This document shows, in pieces, positions 45,596 to 54,485 of a stretch of 64,000 nt of DNA (its first letter is position 1; every line of letters starts with the position of its first letter). The notes under the pieces are model-generated. The model worked only from the letters and a program-made list of their open reading frames with translations, was not told where the DNA came from and did no database searches. Source of the stretch: an uncultured Thermoanaerobaculia bacterium (lineage in GTDB: Bacteria > Acidobacteriota > Thermoanaerobaculia > Thermoanaerobaculales > Sulfomarinibacteraceae); the NCBI GenBank assembly GCA_964552395.1, contig CAZKGM010000003.1, forward strand, positions 50,030 through 114,029. Reading direction: 5' to 3'. The translations under genes were made by a program, and so were the position numbers.

Positions 45596-46348
45596 CTATG
45601 AGCCCTGTATCAGGTCGTCCTTGGCATAGCGTTTCTTCACCCAGCTCGGGATGAGCGACAGCAGGACGAAGAAGATGGCTGCTATCGCCAGGTAGACAAT
45701 GGTCTTCTTCACAGCTTCCGGCTGCCCTCCGGAGAGGATCACCTCACGCGCCGAGCCGGCGGCGAAGTTGAAGGCGATGGTCGCCGGGATCATGCAGGGA
45801 AAGGTCACGAGAATGTAGGTCCGCAGCGGGATATCGGTCAGGCCGTAGACGTAGTTCTGGACATTGAACGGAAAGAGCGGCACCAGGCGGGTGATCATCA
45901 GCATCCGCCACCCCTGCTTGCGGACGCCGTCGTCGATCTTCTTGAGGGCCCGGTTCTTTTCGACCCACCCGGCGACCATGTCGCGGGCCGCGTAGCGGCC
46001 GATGAGGAAGGCCAGCACGGCCCCCAGGTTGGCGCCCACCGTGGTCCACACCGACCCCCACACCGCACCGAAGATGAGGCCGCTAACGATGGACATCGGC
46101 AGACCCGGCAGCAGCAGAACGCAGGCGATGATCCAGATCGCGATCAGCGCCGCCGGCGCCCACGGTCCCATACCGTGGAAGAACGCATCGAGCCTCAAGA
46201 CGCGGTCCTTGAGCGTCCCTCCCTTGAGCATGTCGAAGACGCCGAAGTGGTTGGCAATGAGGATCAGCGCCGCGATCGCGGCCAGCACCACTACCAGCTT
46301 GATCCAGGGCCTGCCGCCGCCGGCCTTGTCCTCGCGTTCTCCGCTCAT
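45596..46348 (-). CDS. TVP38/TMEM64 (DedA superfamily) membrane protein
   Basis: LPGLPMSIVSGLIFG, FLIGRY, RLVPLFPFNVQNYVYGLT. Confidence 0.9.
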   Translation of the reverse strand: MSGEREDKAGGGRPWIKLVVVLAAIAALILIANHFGVFDMLKGGTLKDRVLRLDAFFHGMGPWAPAALIAIWIIACVLLLPGLPMSIVSGLIFGAVWGSVWTTVGANLGAVLAFLIGRYAARDMVAGWVEKNRALKKIDDGVRKQGWRMLMITRLVPLFPFNVQNYVYGLTDIPLRTYILVTFPCMIPATIAFNFAAGSAREVILSGGQPEAVKKTIVYLAIAAIFFVLLSLIPSWVKKRYAKDDLIQGS

Positions 46349-46491
46349 GGTCTGTACTCCTTCCCAATGGTAGGCCCTCAAGCTGCGCCCGAAGGCCCAC
46401 CCGGATCACCCGCGGACGTTAGCCGGACACCGAGGAACGAAGCGGGCCGGGAATGACCCCGGCCCGCCTTCCCTCGAAATCGCGAGCCGGT

Positions 46492-47463
46492 CTACTTGCA
46501 GTCGTCGCACACGATGTTGTTCGGATAAGCCTTGTTGTAGTAGCTCCACTCGATCCACGAGCCATCGTAGTTGTGAAGATGGGAGATATCCCATCCCATG
46601 AGGTAGAGCGAGAAGATCTCGGTCGTCGTGCGGACGCCCGACTGGCAGTAGAAAATCTGGTGCTTGTTCTTGTCCATGCCGATTGCATCGATGAGCTTCT
46701 GGGTGGCGGCGGCGTCCTTCCAGGCGGTCGCCTCCCCACCCTCGGCCACCGGCTGCTTGAACGCCGGCCAGTTCTGATGCTTGGCCCACGGAATGCGGCC
46801 CTTGGCGTAGGCGCCCTTCTTGAGCTGCTCGCCGCTCCACTCCTTGCCGCCGCGCGTATCCCACAGCTGGTACTCCGGCGAGGTCTTGACCCGCCAGATC
46901 TCCGACAGCCCGACGGTCCACCCGGGCAGCTCATCGGCTGCGACAAAGGTCCCCTCCTTGGCCGGCCTGGCCGGCAGGTGATCGACATCGTAGCCGGCCG
47001 CCTTCCACGCCTGGAAGCCGCCGTCGAGGACCCGGCAGTCCGTCTTGCCGTACAGGTAGAACATCCACCATACCCGTGTCGAGTCGTACTTGTGATCGTA
47101 GATGACGACCTTCGAGTCGTTGTCGATCCCGAGCTCGCGTGCGAACGCCTGGAAGGCGTCGCGGTCGAGGGCCATCCCCTCGTACGGGAACTCCACGCCT
47201 TCCTTGGGCTCGTAGTCGCCCCGCCAGATGTGCAGTGCACCCGGGACATGGCCAAGGCCGTAGTCGGTGAGCTTGGCAACCGCCAGGACCACCAGCTTGG
47301 GGTCCTTGGCATCCATCATCGACTTCAGCTCCTGGGCCGTGATCAAGGCTTGACCGCGCTCGAAACCCTTGTAGTTGTCTCCCGCGAGGAGCGGCGCCGC
47401 GGCACCTATGACGAGGGCCAGGATCACGACGATCGGCCACCTGCAGAATCGTTGCTGGGACAT
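46492..47463 (-). CDS. Exported tandem-domain rhodanese/sulfurtransferase
   Basis: Sec signal peptide, GHVPGA, VLDGG, DTRG..E, GRIPWA, active-site FYCQSGVRT, YDGSWIEW. Confidence 0.92.
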   Translation of the reverse strand: MSQQRFCRWPIVVILALVIGAAAPLLAGDNYKGFERGQALITAQELKSMMDAKDPKLVVLAVAKLTDYGLGHVPGALHIWRGDYEPKEGVEFPYEGMALDRDAFQAFARELGIDNDSKVVIYDHKYDSTRVWWMFYLYGKTDCRVLDGGFQAWKAAGYDVDHLPARPAKEGTFVAADELPGWTVGLSEIWRVKTSPEYQLWDTRGGKEWSGEQLKKGAYAKGRIPWAKHQNWPAFKQPVAEGGEATAWKDAAATQKLIDAIGMDKNKHQIFYCQSGVRTTTEIFSLYLMGWDISHLHNYDGSWIEWSYYNKAYPNNIVCDDCK

Positions 47464-47517
47464 GTCTCTCCTCCTTTGCATTCACGTTCAGACAGCCACT
47501 ACGGCCGGAACATCTAG

Positions 47518-47533
47518 TGCAAGCTGCGTTCCA
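47518..47533 (-). promoter_or_regulatory. sigma54 promoter of rhodanese-TVP38
   Basis: Reverse complement TGGAAC-GCAGC-TTGCA; AT-rich tract at about 47540-47572. Confidence 0.8.
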
Positions 47534-47587
47534 CCACCGATATTGTGCTAACCTATTGTTGATGAAGTAATTGAGCGGTGACAGGAG

Positions 47588-49045
47588 CTATTCCGAGGCC
47601 GTGCCCGCAGGTGCCGTGTGGGGCCGGTAACCGTCTTCGTTACCCTGCTGTAACAGCCGCCTCGCCTCGGGTGGAGTGTAGTGGAGGGGGAGCTCGACGG
47701 CAAAGGTGCTGCCCGCCCCCTCCTCACTGCTGACGGCCACACCACCGCCGTGCGCCTCGAAGACCTCTCGCACAATCGCGAGACCGAGCCCCGTCCCCTC
47801 CGGCGCGTGACGCTTTGCGTTCGGCGCGCGAACGAACTCGAGCAGGACTTGATCGCGGAACGCCGCCGGAATTCCGATGCCGCGATCGAGCACCTGAACC
47901 GTCACGGCGGTGTCGTTGACGCGCAGGCGAACCGTCACGGCGCCTCCCCGATACGAGTACTTGATTGCGTTTTGGACCAGGTTCTCGAAGGCATGGACCA
48001 GATCGGGGGGAATCCCCCAGTCGAGGATGGCCACACCGTCGAAGTCCGGGACCAGCTCGATATTCCGCTCCGCGGCCAGCGGCTCCAAGGCATCCATGAT
48101 GTCGGCCAACAGCTGGTTGACGTTGATAGCCCGGCTCCACGGGGCCCGACCCCGGCCCTCCCGAATCTTGGCCAGCTCGAGCAGGTCGTTGACGATCGCC
48201 AGCAGGCCGTCGACCCGCTCGATCGCACCGGCGAGCAGGCGGCGCCCGCGTTCGGAGGCAGGGTCGACGTAGCCCTTCGCCAGCACAGACAGCGTCGTCT
48301 GGACGGTTCCCAACGGCGACCGGAGCTGGTGGGCCGAGATCCGCATGTAGTGCGACTTGCGTTGCTCGAGCTCGGCGATCTCATCGAGCAGGCACTGCAG
48401 CTCGGTCGTGCGCTCCTGCAGCTTGCCGGTGGTCCTGTAGAGCTCGATGTTGCGCTTCTTGAAGCGGCTGGTCACCGAGTCCGTGAGGTAGACGATGCCG
48501 AAGAGGGCGACCGTGAGAGCCACGAGGTTGAGGTCACAGGCACGGCCGCACATGCCGCGAGTAGGATCGACGGGATGGACGGCGAGTAGCCCCTTGCCCT
48601 CCGCCATGTACAGCCCGAGAAGACCGACAGACGTTGCTGCGGCCAGGACATACATGATTCGGGTCGCGATCATGATGGTCCCGATCGCCATGTGAAATGC
48701 GAACACCGGGAGCAACGGGCTCTGCAAGCCTCCGCTGAAGTGAACGGTCACGACCAGCGACAGGAGGTCCATGACCATCTGCCGGATGGCGCAGCTGCGG
48801 AGGTTCCCGTAAGGTTGGCCGTGCTCCTCCGCAATGCGAAACACATTGAAGAAGATCAAGTTGTAGGCGGCCACGAAGAGGGCCACCAGGAACAGGCTCG
48901 GCCATACCGACTGCATGCCGATGCGCGGGCCCACAAGCGACGCCGCCACCAGCCCCGCGACCGCCAGCCAGCGGAGCTTGATGAACCACTGCAGACGTTC
49001 CCGTAGCTCCGGGGCGAAGATGAAGGCGAACCGGGACTCGGCCAA
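47588..49045 (-). CDS. Membrane sensor histidine kinase
   Basis: About 6 N-terminal TM; H-box SAHQLRSPL; NLVQNAIKY, DRGIG, GTGLGL, GAGSTF. Confidence 0.92.
   Translation of the reverse strand: MAESRFAFIFAPELRERLQWFIKLRWLAVAGLVAASLVGPRIGMQSVWPSLFLVALFVAAYNLIFFNVFRIAEEHGQPYGNLRSCAIRQMVMDLLSLVVTVHFSGGLQSPLLPVFAFHMAIGTIMIATRIMYVLAAATSVGLLGLYMAEGKGLLAVHPVDPTRGMCGRACDLNLVALTVALFGIVYLTDSVTSRFKKRNIELYRTTGKLQERTTELQCLLDEIAELEQRKSHYMRISAHQLRSPLGTVQTTLSVLAKGYVDPASERGRRLLAGAIERVDGLLAIVNDLLELAKIREGRGRAPWSRAINVNQLLADIMDALEPLAAERNIELVPDFDGVAILDWGIPPDLVHAFENLVQNAIKYSYRGGAVTVRLRVNDTAVTVQVLDRGIGIPAAFRDQVLLEFVRAPNAKRHAPEGTGLGLAIVREVFEAHGGGVAVSSEEGAGSTFAVELPLHYTPPEARRLLQQGNEDGYRPHTAPAGTASE
47639..47654. promoter_or_regulatory. 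Palindrome GTTAC-N6-GTAAC (candidate enhancer site 3, inside the 3' end of the kinase gene)
   Basis: GTTAC-CCTGCT-GTAAC, 106 bp upstream of the -24 element. Confidence 0.72.
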
Positions 49046-49048
49046 GCA

Positions 49049-49432
49049 CTACTCCCCGATCAGCTCCGCAACGTGGGCCAGGAGCTCCTCGGGGGAGACG
49101 GGCTTCTCAAGGTAGCGGTCGCACGGCACCCACGACTCGTCGACCTCCATCCTCACGTTGTAGACCTGGTCCACACCGGTGAGCATGATGATCGGGATGG
49201 CGGCGGTCGCCGGATCCGTGCGCAACGTGCGCGCCACGTCGAAGCCTTCCGAGAGGTGGTCCATCATCACGTCGAGAACGATCAGATCCGGCGCTGCCTC
49301 GTGGACCCGAGCCAACCCCTCCGTTCCGTTGCCCGCTGTCGAGATGCGGTAGCGGGTTTCCAGTACCGCTGACACCGCGTCCACGAAAACCTCGTCGTCG
49401 TCGATCAGGAGGACTGTCTTCCTCTCGTCCAT
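49049..49432 (-). CDS. Stand-alone response regulator receiver
   Basis: LLIDDD, LDVMM, IIMLT, YLEKP; no output domain. Confidence 0.9.
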   Translation of the reverse strand: MDERKTVLLIDDDEVFVDAVSAVLETRYRISTAGNGTEGLARVHEAAPDLIVLDVMMDHLSEGFDVARTLRTDPATAAIPIIMLTGVDQVYNVRMEVDESWVPCDRYLEKPVSPEELLAHVAELIGE

Positions 49433-49440
49433 GGGACCTC

Positions 49441-51351
49441 CTAGTGTCCGACCAGCGCCCCTGTTGGACATGCGGTGAGGCATGAGCCACAGTGGATGCA
49501 CAGCTCCTGGTTCACGGAGTGCACATGCTTGATCGTACCCGAGATGGCATCCGATGGACAGGCCTTGGCGCACAGTCCGCAGCCGTTGCACAGCTCCTCA
49601 CTGATCGAGTATGTCAGCAACGCCTTGCACTGGCCCGCGGGACAACGACGATCGACTACGTGGGCCTCGTACTCCTCGCGGAAGTGGCGCAACGTCGACA
49701 GGACGGGGTTCGGCCCGGTTTGTCCGAGGCCGCAGAGCGCGGTTCCCTTGATGTGAGCGGCCATCGACTCCAGGAGATCGAGATCCTCGAGCCGTCCCCG
49801 GCCGGCGGTGATCTCCTCCAGAGTATTCAGCATCACCCTGGTGCCGATGCGACAGGGAGGACACTTACCGCATGACTCGTCGACCACGAACTCGAGGAAG
49901 AAGCGCGCCAGCTCCACCATGCAGGTGGAGGAATCCATGACGATGAGGCCCCCCGAGCCCATGATGGCACCCAGCTCCTGCAGCGACTCGTAGTCGATCG
50001 GGGTATCGGCGGCCGACGCCGGTATGCAGCCCCCGGATGGACCGCCCGACTGCGCCGCCTTGAACGGTAGCCCCGAGCGCATCCCGCCGCCGATCTCCTC
50101 CACCACCTCAGCCAGCGAGACACCCATCGGCACCTCGACCAGCCCGGTGTTGCGAACCGCCCCCGCAAGGGCGAACACCTTGGTTCCCTTGCTTCGCTGG
50201 GTGCCGATGCCGGCGTACCAGTCGGCGCCTCGGAGCAGAATCGGAGGCACGTTGGCCCATGTCTCGACGTTGTTGAGCAAGGTCGGCCGGTTCCACAGCC
50301 CACACTGAGCGGGGAACGGCGGCCGCGGTCGCGGTGTACCACGCTGTCCTTCGATCGACCGCATGAGGGCCGTTTCCTCGCCGCACACGAAGGCTCCGGC
50401 CCCGATCCGAATCTCGACCTCGAAGGTGTGCCCGGAGCCCAGGATATCGGGCCCCAGCAGGCCGCAGCGCCACGCGTTCTCGATCGCGCCCTCGAGTCGT
50501 TCGATCGCGAGAGGGTACTCGGCCCTGACATAGATGTAGCCCTGACGCGAGCCGATGACACGGCCCGCTATCGTCATCGCCTCGATGACGGAGAGCGGGT
50601 CTCCCTCGAGGATGCTGCGGTCCATGAACGCGCCGGGATCGCCCTCGTCGGCGTTGCAGACCACGTACTTGACGTCGCCGGCCGCCTCACGAACGAACTG
50701 CCACTTGAGGCCGGCAGGAAAACCGGCGCCGCCGCGGCCGCGCAGGCCGCTTCGCTTGAGAGCGTCGAGCACCTCGGTCGCTTCGAGGTCGAACAGGACC
50801 TTCTCGAGAGCCCTGTAGCCATCGGCTGCCACGTACTCCTCGAGGCTCGCGGGATCGATCACGCCGCAGTTGCGCAGCGCGATCTTCTGCTGCCGCGCGA
50901 AGAACGGTACCTCTCTGCTGTGCAAGAGCTTGCCCTCGGGCGTCTCCCAGGCAAGCTCGAGATCGGCCACAGGGGTGTTGCCGGCCAGATGCTCGGAGAC
51001 GACGCGCTGCACCTTTTCTGGATCGAGCATCGGGTAATACACACCGTCCGGCACCACAAGGGCCAGGGGGCCGGCGTCGCACAGCCCCATGCAACCCACC
51101 TCGACCACTCTCACGGCATCCTGGAGCCCTGCGCCGGCAACCTCGTCGCGCAGGGCCTGCGCGACAGAGTCGGCATGGCAAGAAACACAAGCTCCACCAG
51201 CGCACACCAGCACCTCGCGCCGGACCGGAGTCTCTCCACGACGGCTCTCGAGCCGCGTCGCGAGCTGCGTCGACAGGGCGCTGCGAATGGCCGCCAGGTC
51301 CGTCCTCGTGAGCGGGTTGGGGATCGCCGAGTCAGGCAGGTTCGTCGCCAC
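49441..51351 (-). CDS. HydB/NuoF-like NAD(H)/FMN subunit with N-terminal [2Fe-2S] and C-terminal 2x[4Fe-4S]
   Basis: CAGGAC...CMGLC, LRGRGGAGFP, CNADEGDPGAFMDR, CGEETAL, SCGKCPPCRIG, CNGCGLCAKACP. Confidence 0.92.
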   Translation of the reverse strand: MATNLPDSAIPNPLTRTDLAAIRSALSTQLATRLESRRGETPVRREVLVCAGGACVSCHADSVAQALRDEVAGAGLQDAVRVVEVGCMGLCDAGPLALVVPDGVYYPMLDPEKVQRVVSEHLAGNTPVADLELAWETPEGKLLHSREVPFFARQQKIALRNCGVIDPASLEEYVAADGYRALEKVLFDLEATEVLDALKRSGLRGRGGAGFPAGLKWQFVREAAGDVKYVVCNADEGDPGAFMDRSILEGDPLSVIEAMTIAGRVIGSRQGYIYVRAEYPLAIERLEGAIENAWRCGLLGPDILGSGHTFEVEIRIGAGAFVCGEETALMRSIEGQRGTPRPRPPFPAQCGLWNRPTLLNNVETWANVPPILLRGADWYAGIGTQRSKGTKVFALAGAVRNTGLVEVPMGVSLAEVVEEIGGGMRSGLPFKAAQSGGPSGGCIPASAADTPIDYESLQELGAIMGSGGLIVMDSSTCMVELARFFLEFVVDESCGKCPPCRIGTRVMLNTLEEITAGRGRLEDLDLLESMAAHIKGTALCGLGQTGPNPVLSTLRHFREEYEAHVVDRRCPAGQCKALLTYSISEELCNGCGLCAKACPSDAISGTIKHVHSVNQELCIHCGSCLTACPTGALVGH

Positions 51352-51949
51352 TGGCCTCCTCCTCCGCTGACGCGGCGCTCTCTCGCCGCGCCCGTGCCCG
51401 CAACTTCCGAACCAGCTTCCGCACCTCGGTGGCAGTCAGGTGACCGTGCACCTCATCGTTCACCATCATGGCCGGAGCGAGGCCGCAGGCACCGATGCAG
51501 CGCACCTGCTCGAGACTGAAGAGTCGGTCCTCAGTGACATCACCAATCCCGATCGCGAGCAGGCTCTCGATCGCCTCCAGCACGCGCTGTCCCTGCCGAA
51601 CGAAGCAAGCGGTTCCCATACACACCTTGAGCTGATACCGACCGCGGGGGTTGGTGGTAAAGAAGTGGTAGAAGCTGACCACGCCGTAGACCTCGATCGG
51701 CGACAGAGCGAGCTGCTGGGCGACGTACTCCTGGACCGGAAACGGAAGGTAGCCGATCTCCTCCTGCACCCTGTGCAACAGCGGAATCAGCCGCTCCCGT
51801 CCGCCGGGGTGCGCGGCAACCCACTGGTCGATCAGGTCCCACACCTCCGGACGGATCTCGTCGGCCGGAAGCGGTTCCTGGGTCCCGAAGAAGCCCGGCA
51901 ACTCGCCCGTTGTGCGCTGCCGCTCTTCCACCCCCGTACGCTCGCTCAT
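51332..51949 (-). CDS. HydC/NuoE-like [2Fe-2S] subunit
   Basis: VVSFYHFF, VCMGTAC, RCIGACGLAP. Confidence 0.92.
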   Translation of the reverse strand: MSERTGVEERQRTTGELPGFFGTQEPLPADEIRPEVWDLIDQWVAAHPGGRERLIPLLHRVQEEIGYLPFPVQEYVAQQLALSPIEVYGVVSFYHFFTTNPRGRYQLKVCMGTACFVRQGQRVLEAIESLLAIGIGDVTEDRLFSLEQVRCIGACGLAPAMMVNDEVHGHLTATEVRKLVRKLRARARRESAASAEEEASGDEPA

Positions 51950-54474
51950 TTCGACCTCCGGACCTCAACTGCCGTCGGCTCGGCCCCGTTCTCCATCAGC
52001 CGCGCAGCCGCATCCTCGCTGCCGTACCACTGCGCCACCGGCCTCCCCGGCCTCACCCGGCGGTCAAGCCGGGCGCGAAGCAGAATCTCCCTGCCGCCCG
52101 CCCTGACGCACACGCGCTCGCCGTTGCGGACACCGACGGCCTCGGCGTCGGACGGGGCGAGGTGGAGGGCGACAGTCGGCGCCAGCTCCTGGAGAGTCGC
52201 GCTGAAGCTGGTCACCAGCCCGCTGTGGAACAGACGGGGCGAGGCGTCGAGCAGCATCCCGCTCGGCTTCCTGCTTCCTATCGGCGGCGGCGCGGCGGCA
52301 AGACTCACCGTGGGCCGCTGAGCCGCTCCGGCCAGGGCTGCTGCGATCTCCTCGTCGAGGAGCAGCTTCGACGGCAGCTCCACGCCCAGCCGCCGCGCAA
52401 CCTCCACGATCAAGCGGCCATCCTGGGGAAGGCCCGCCGGAGCCTGCACGACTCCGGCAAGGCGCCGCCGCTGTCCGTCGGCGGCGACCACGGACCCTTC
52501 CCGCTCGCCCAGGATCGCTACCGGCAGCACGACGTCGGCAAGGCGGGCGGACTCGGTGAGGAACGTGTCCTGCACCACCACGAACTCCGCGCTCCGCACC
52601 ATGGCACGCCCGGCCAGGCGTCTGGGCCAGGAGCCCACCGGGTCCTCGCCAACGAGGTAGAGCAGCCCTACCTCCCCCGTCGCCGCGTGCTCGCTAGCTT
52701 CAGCAAGGGACCATCCCGGGGCTGCAGGCACCGGTACGCCCCATGCCGCCTCGAGCCCAGCTGTCGCCTCGCAGTCGCCAACACGCTTGCCGCCCGGCAG
52801 CAGTCGAGGATGGAGACCAACGTCGAGCACGCCCTGCACGTTTGCCTTTTCGCCCAGGACCATCACCTTCGGTTCGGCTCCATCCCCGCCGCCGAGAAGC
52901 GACATCAGCTCGACTGCGGCACGTGTCACCTCGGCCTCGTCGCCCGGGATGCCGAGCCCGGTCAGCACCACGGCGACTGGTGCGGTCGCCGCAAGCAGGC
53001 GCTCGGCAAGCTCCTCGAGCCGTTCCGGCGCCACCCCGGTGATCTCCGAGGCCGTCACCGGTGTGTAGGCACCGAGGCTGGTGAGCCAGTCCGAGAGCCC
53101 GGCGGCCCCTTGGTCCCTGGCTATCCCGGAGCGCTCCGCCACCCGTGCGGCCACCGCCCGTACCAGGACCTCCTCTGTTCCGAGAGCCGGCGAAAGGTGC
53201 ATGGCGGCGTGTCGCTCCAGTCCGCCCGAGAGACCATGCACGAGGATGAAGTCCCGTCCCCGTTGCCGGGCCCCCTGTACGAGCTCGGTCTTCACGAGCG
53301 GGTGGGTCCGGGTGGGGTCCGCCCGCAGCACGAGGACCAGGTCCGCGGCCCACAGGTCCTCGAACGTGGCCGTCGACCGCGCCGCGCCTGTGCGCTGGCC
53401 CATCCCGTCGACCAGTGCCTCGACACCGCCCACAGGTCCGACTCCGACATGCGGTGAGCCGAGGCCGCCGCGCACCAGCCGCTGCAGGAGATAGGCGTCC
53501 TCGCAGGTGAGGCGGGAGCTTCCGACCGCGACCACAGCCTTCTTCGACCGGCGAGTCTCGGCGGCAATACGCTCGACCTCGGCCAGCGCTTCGGCCCAGC
53601 TGGCGTCGACCAGGCGCCCGCCGCGCCGCACCAGCGGCACCGACAGCCGCTGCGGGCTGGTGAGAACGTCCCAGCCGAGCCAACCCTTGGCGCAAAGCTT
53701 GCCGCGGTTGGGCGCCGTGTCCGGGTCCGCCGTGACCCGCTGCAGGGCCCCGCCGTGCGTCTCAACCGTCACCTGACAGCCGCAGCTGCACAGGGAGCAG
53801 GTCGTCACAGCCCTTTGCCGGAGCCACGCCGGTACGTCCGAGTGGTAGGGCCTGGCGGAGAGCGCTCCCACCGGACAGGAGTTGACACACTGGCCGCAGA
53901 ACTCGCAGTCCAGCGGTCGCTCGAGAAACGTGGTGACCCGTGCATCGAGGCCGCGGTTGACAATGCCGATCTCCGCCACCCCCTGTACCTCGTCGCACAG
54001 GCGAACGCAACGGCCGCACAGGATGCACTTCTCTGCGTCGCGGACGATGACCGGCGAACGGTCGTCGAGCGGCACCTGCCGGCGCTCGAACGGCAACAGG
54101 GCATCGGCAACTCCGTGGTCGAAGACCAAGTCCTGGAGACGGCAGTCGCCACTCTTTTCGCACACCGGACACTCCATCCGATGATCGAGCACGATCAGCT
54201 GCAGCTGCCGCCGTCTTGCCTCGATCACCTGCGGCGTGTCGGTCTCGACAATCATGCCCCGCTGCACCGGGGTCGAGCACGCCGGCACCAGGCCGCCGCG
54301 CCCGTCCCGCCGCTCTACCAGACACAGACGACAGCCTCCGTAGGGGGTCAGGCGATCGTCGTGGCACAGCGTGGGTACGGAGATCCCGAGCCCCCGCAGG
54401 ACCTCGAGGACCGAGGCGCCGGAGCTGGCCTCGAGCTGCTCACCGTTGACCGTGATCGGCACGCTCGCCGTCAT
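51946..54474 (-). CDS. NuoG/FdhA-like FeS relay subunit with molybdopterin-fold C-terminus lacking a catalytic ligand
   Basis: CH...CRLC...C [2Fe-2S], HRMECPVC...C, 2x CxxCxxCxxxC, CSLCSCGC...LCAKG. No C/U-H motif in the Mo-ligand region. Confidence 0.85.
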   Translation of the reverse strand: MTASVPITVNGEQLEASSGASVLEVLRGLGISVPTLCHDDRLTPYGGCRLCLVERRDGRGGLVPACSTPVQRGMIVETDTPQVIEARRRQLQLIVLDHRMECPVCEKSGDCRLQDLVFDHGVADALLPFERRQVPLDDRSPVIVRDAEKCILCGRCVRLCDEVQGVAEIGIVNRGLDARVTTFLERPLDCEFCGQCVNSCPVGALSARPYHSDVPAWLRQRAVTTCSLCSCGCQVTVETHGGALQRVTADPDTAPNRGKLCAKGWLGWDVLTSPQRLSVPLVRRGGRLVDASWAEALAEVERIAAETRRSKKAVVAVGSSRLTCEDAYLLQRLVRGGLGSPHVGVGPVGGVEALVDGMGQRTGAARSTATFEDLWAADLVLVLRADPTRTHPLVKTELVQGARQRGRDFILVHGLSGGLERHAAMHLSPALGTEEVLVRAVAARVAERSGIARDQGAAGLSDWLTSLGAYTPVTASEITGVAPERLEELAERLLAATAPVAVVLTGLGIPGDEAEVTRAAVELMSLLGGGDGAEPKVMVLGEKANVQGVLDVGLHPRLLPGGKRVGDCEATAGLEAAWGVPVPAAPGWSLAEASEHAATGEVGLLYLVGEDPVGSWPRRLAGRAMVRSAEFVVVQDTFLTESARLADVVLPVAILGEREGSVVAADGQRRRLAGVVQAPAGLPQDGRLIVEVARRLGVELPSKLLLDEEIAAALAGAAQRPTVSLAAAPPPIGSRKPSGMLLDASPRLFHSGLVTSFSATLQELAPTVALHLAPSDAEAVGVRNGERVCVRAGGREILLRARLDRRVRPGRPVAQWYGSEDAAARLMENGAEPTAVEVRRSK

Positions 54475-54485
54475 CTTCAAACCCC

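Noticed and set aside
51946-54474. Formate dehydrogenase alpha, or a complex I nuoG assignment
   Set aside because: No Cys/Sec-His active-site motif, no in-frame TGA, and no membrane nuo genes nearby.
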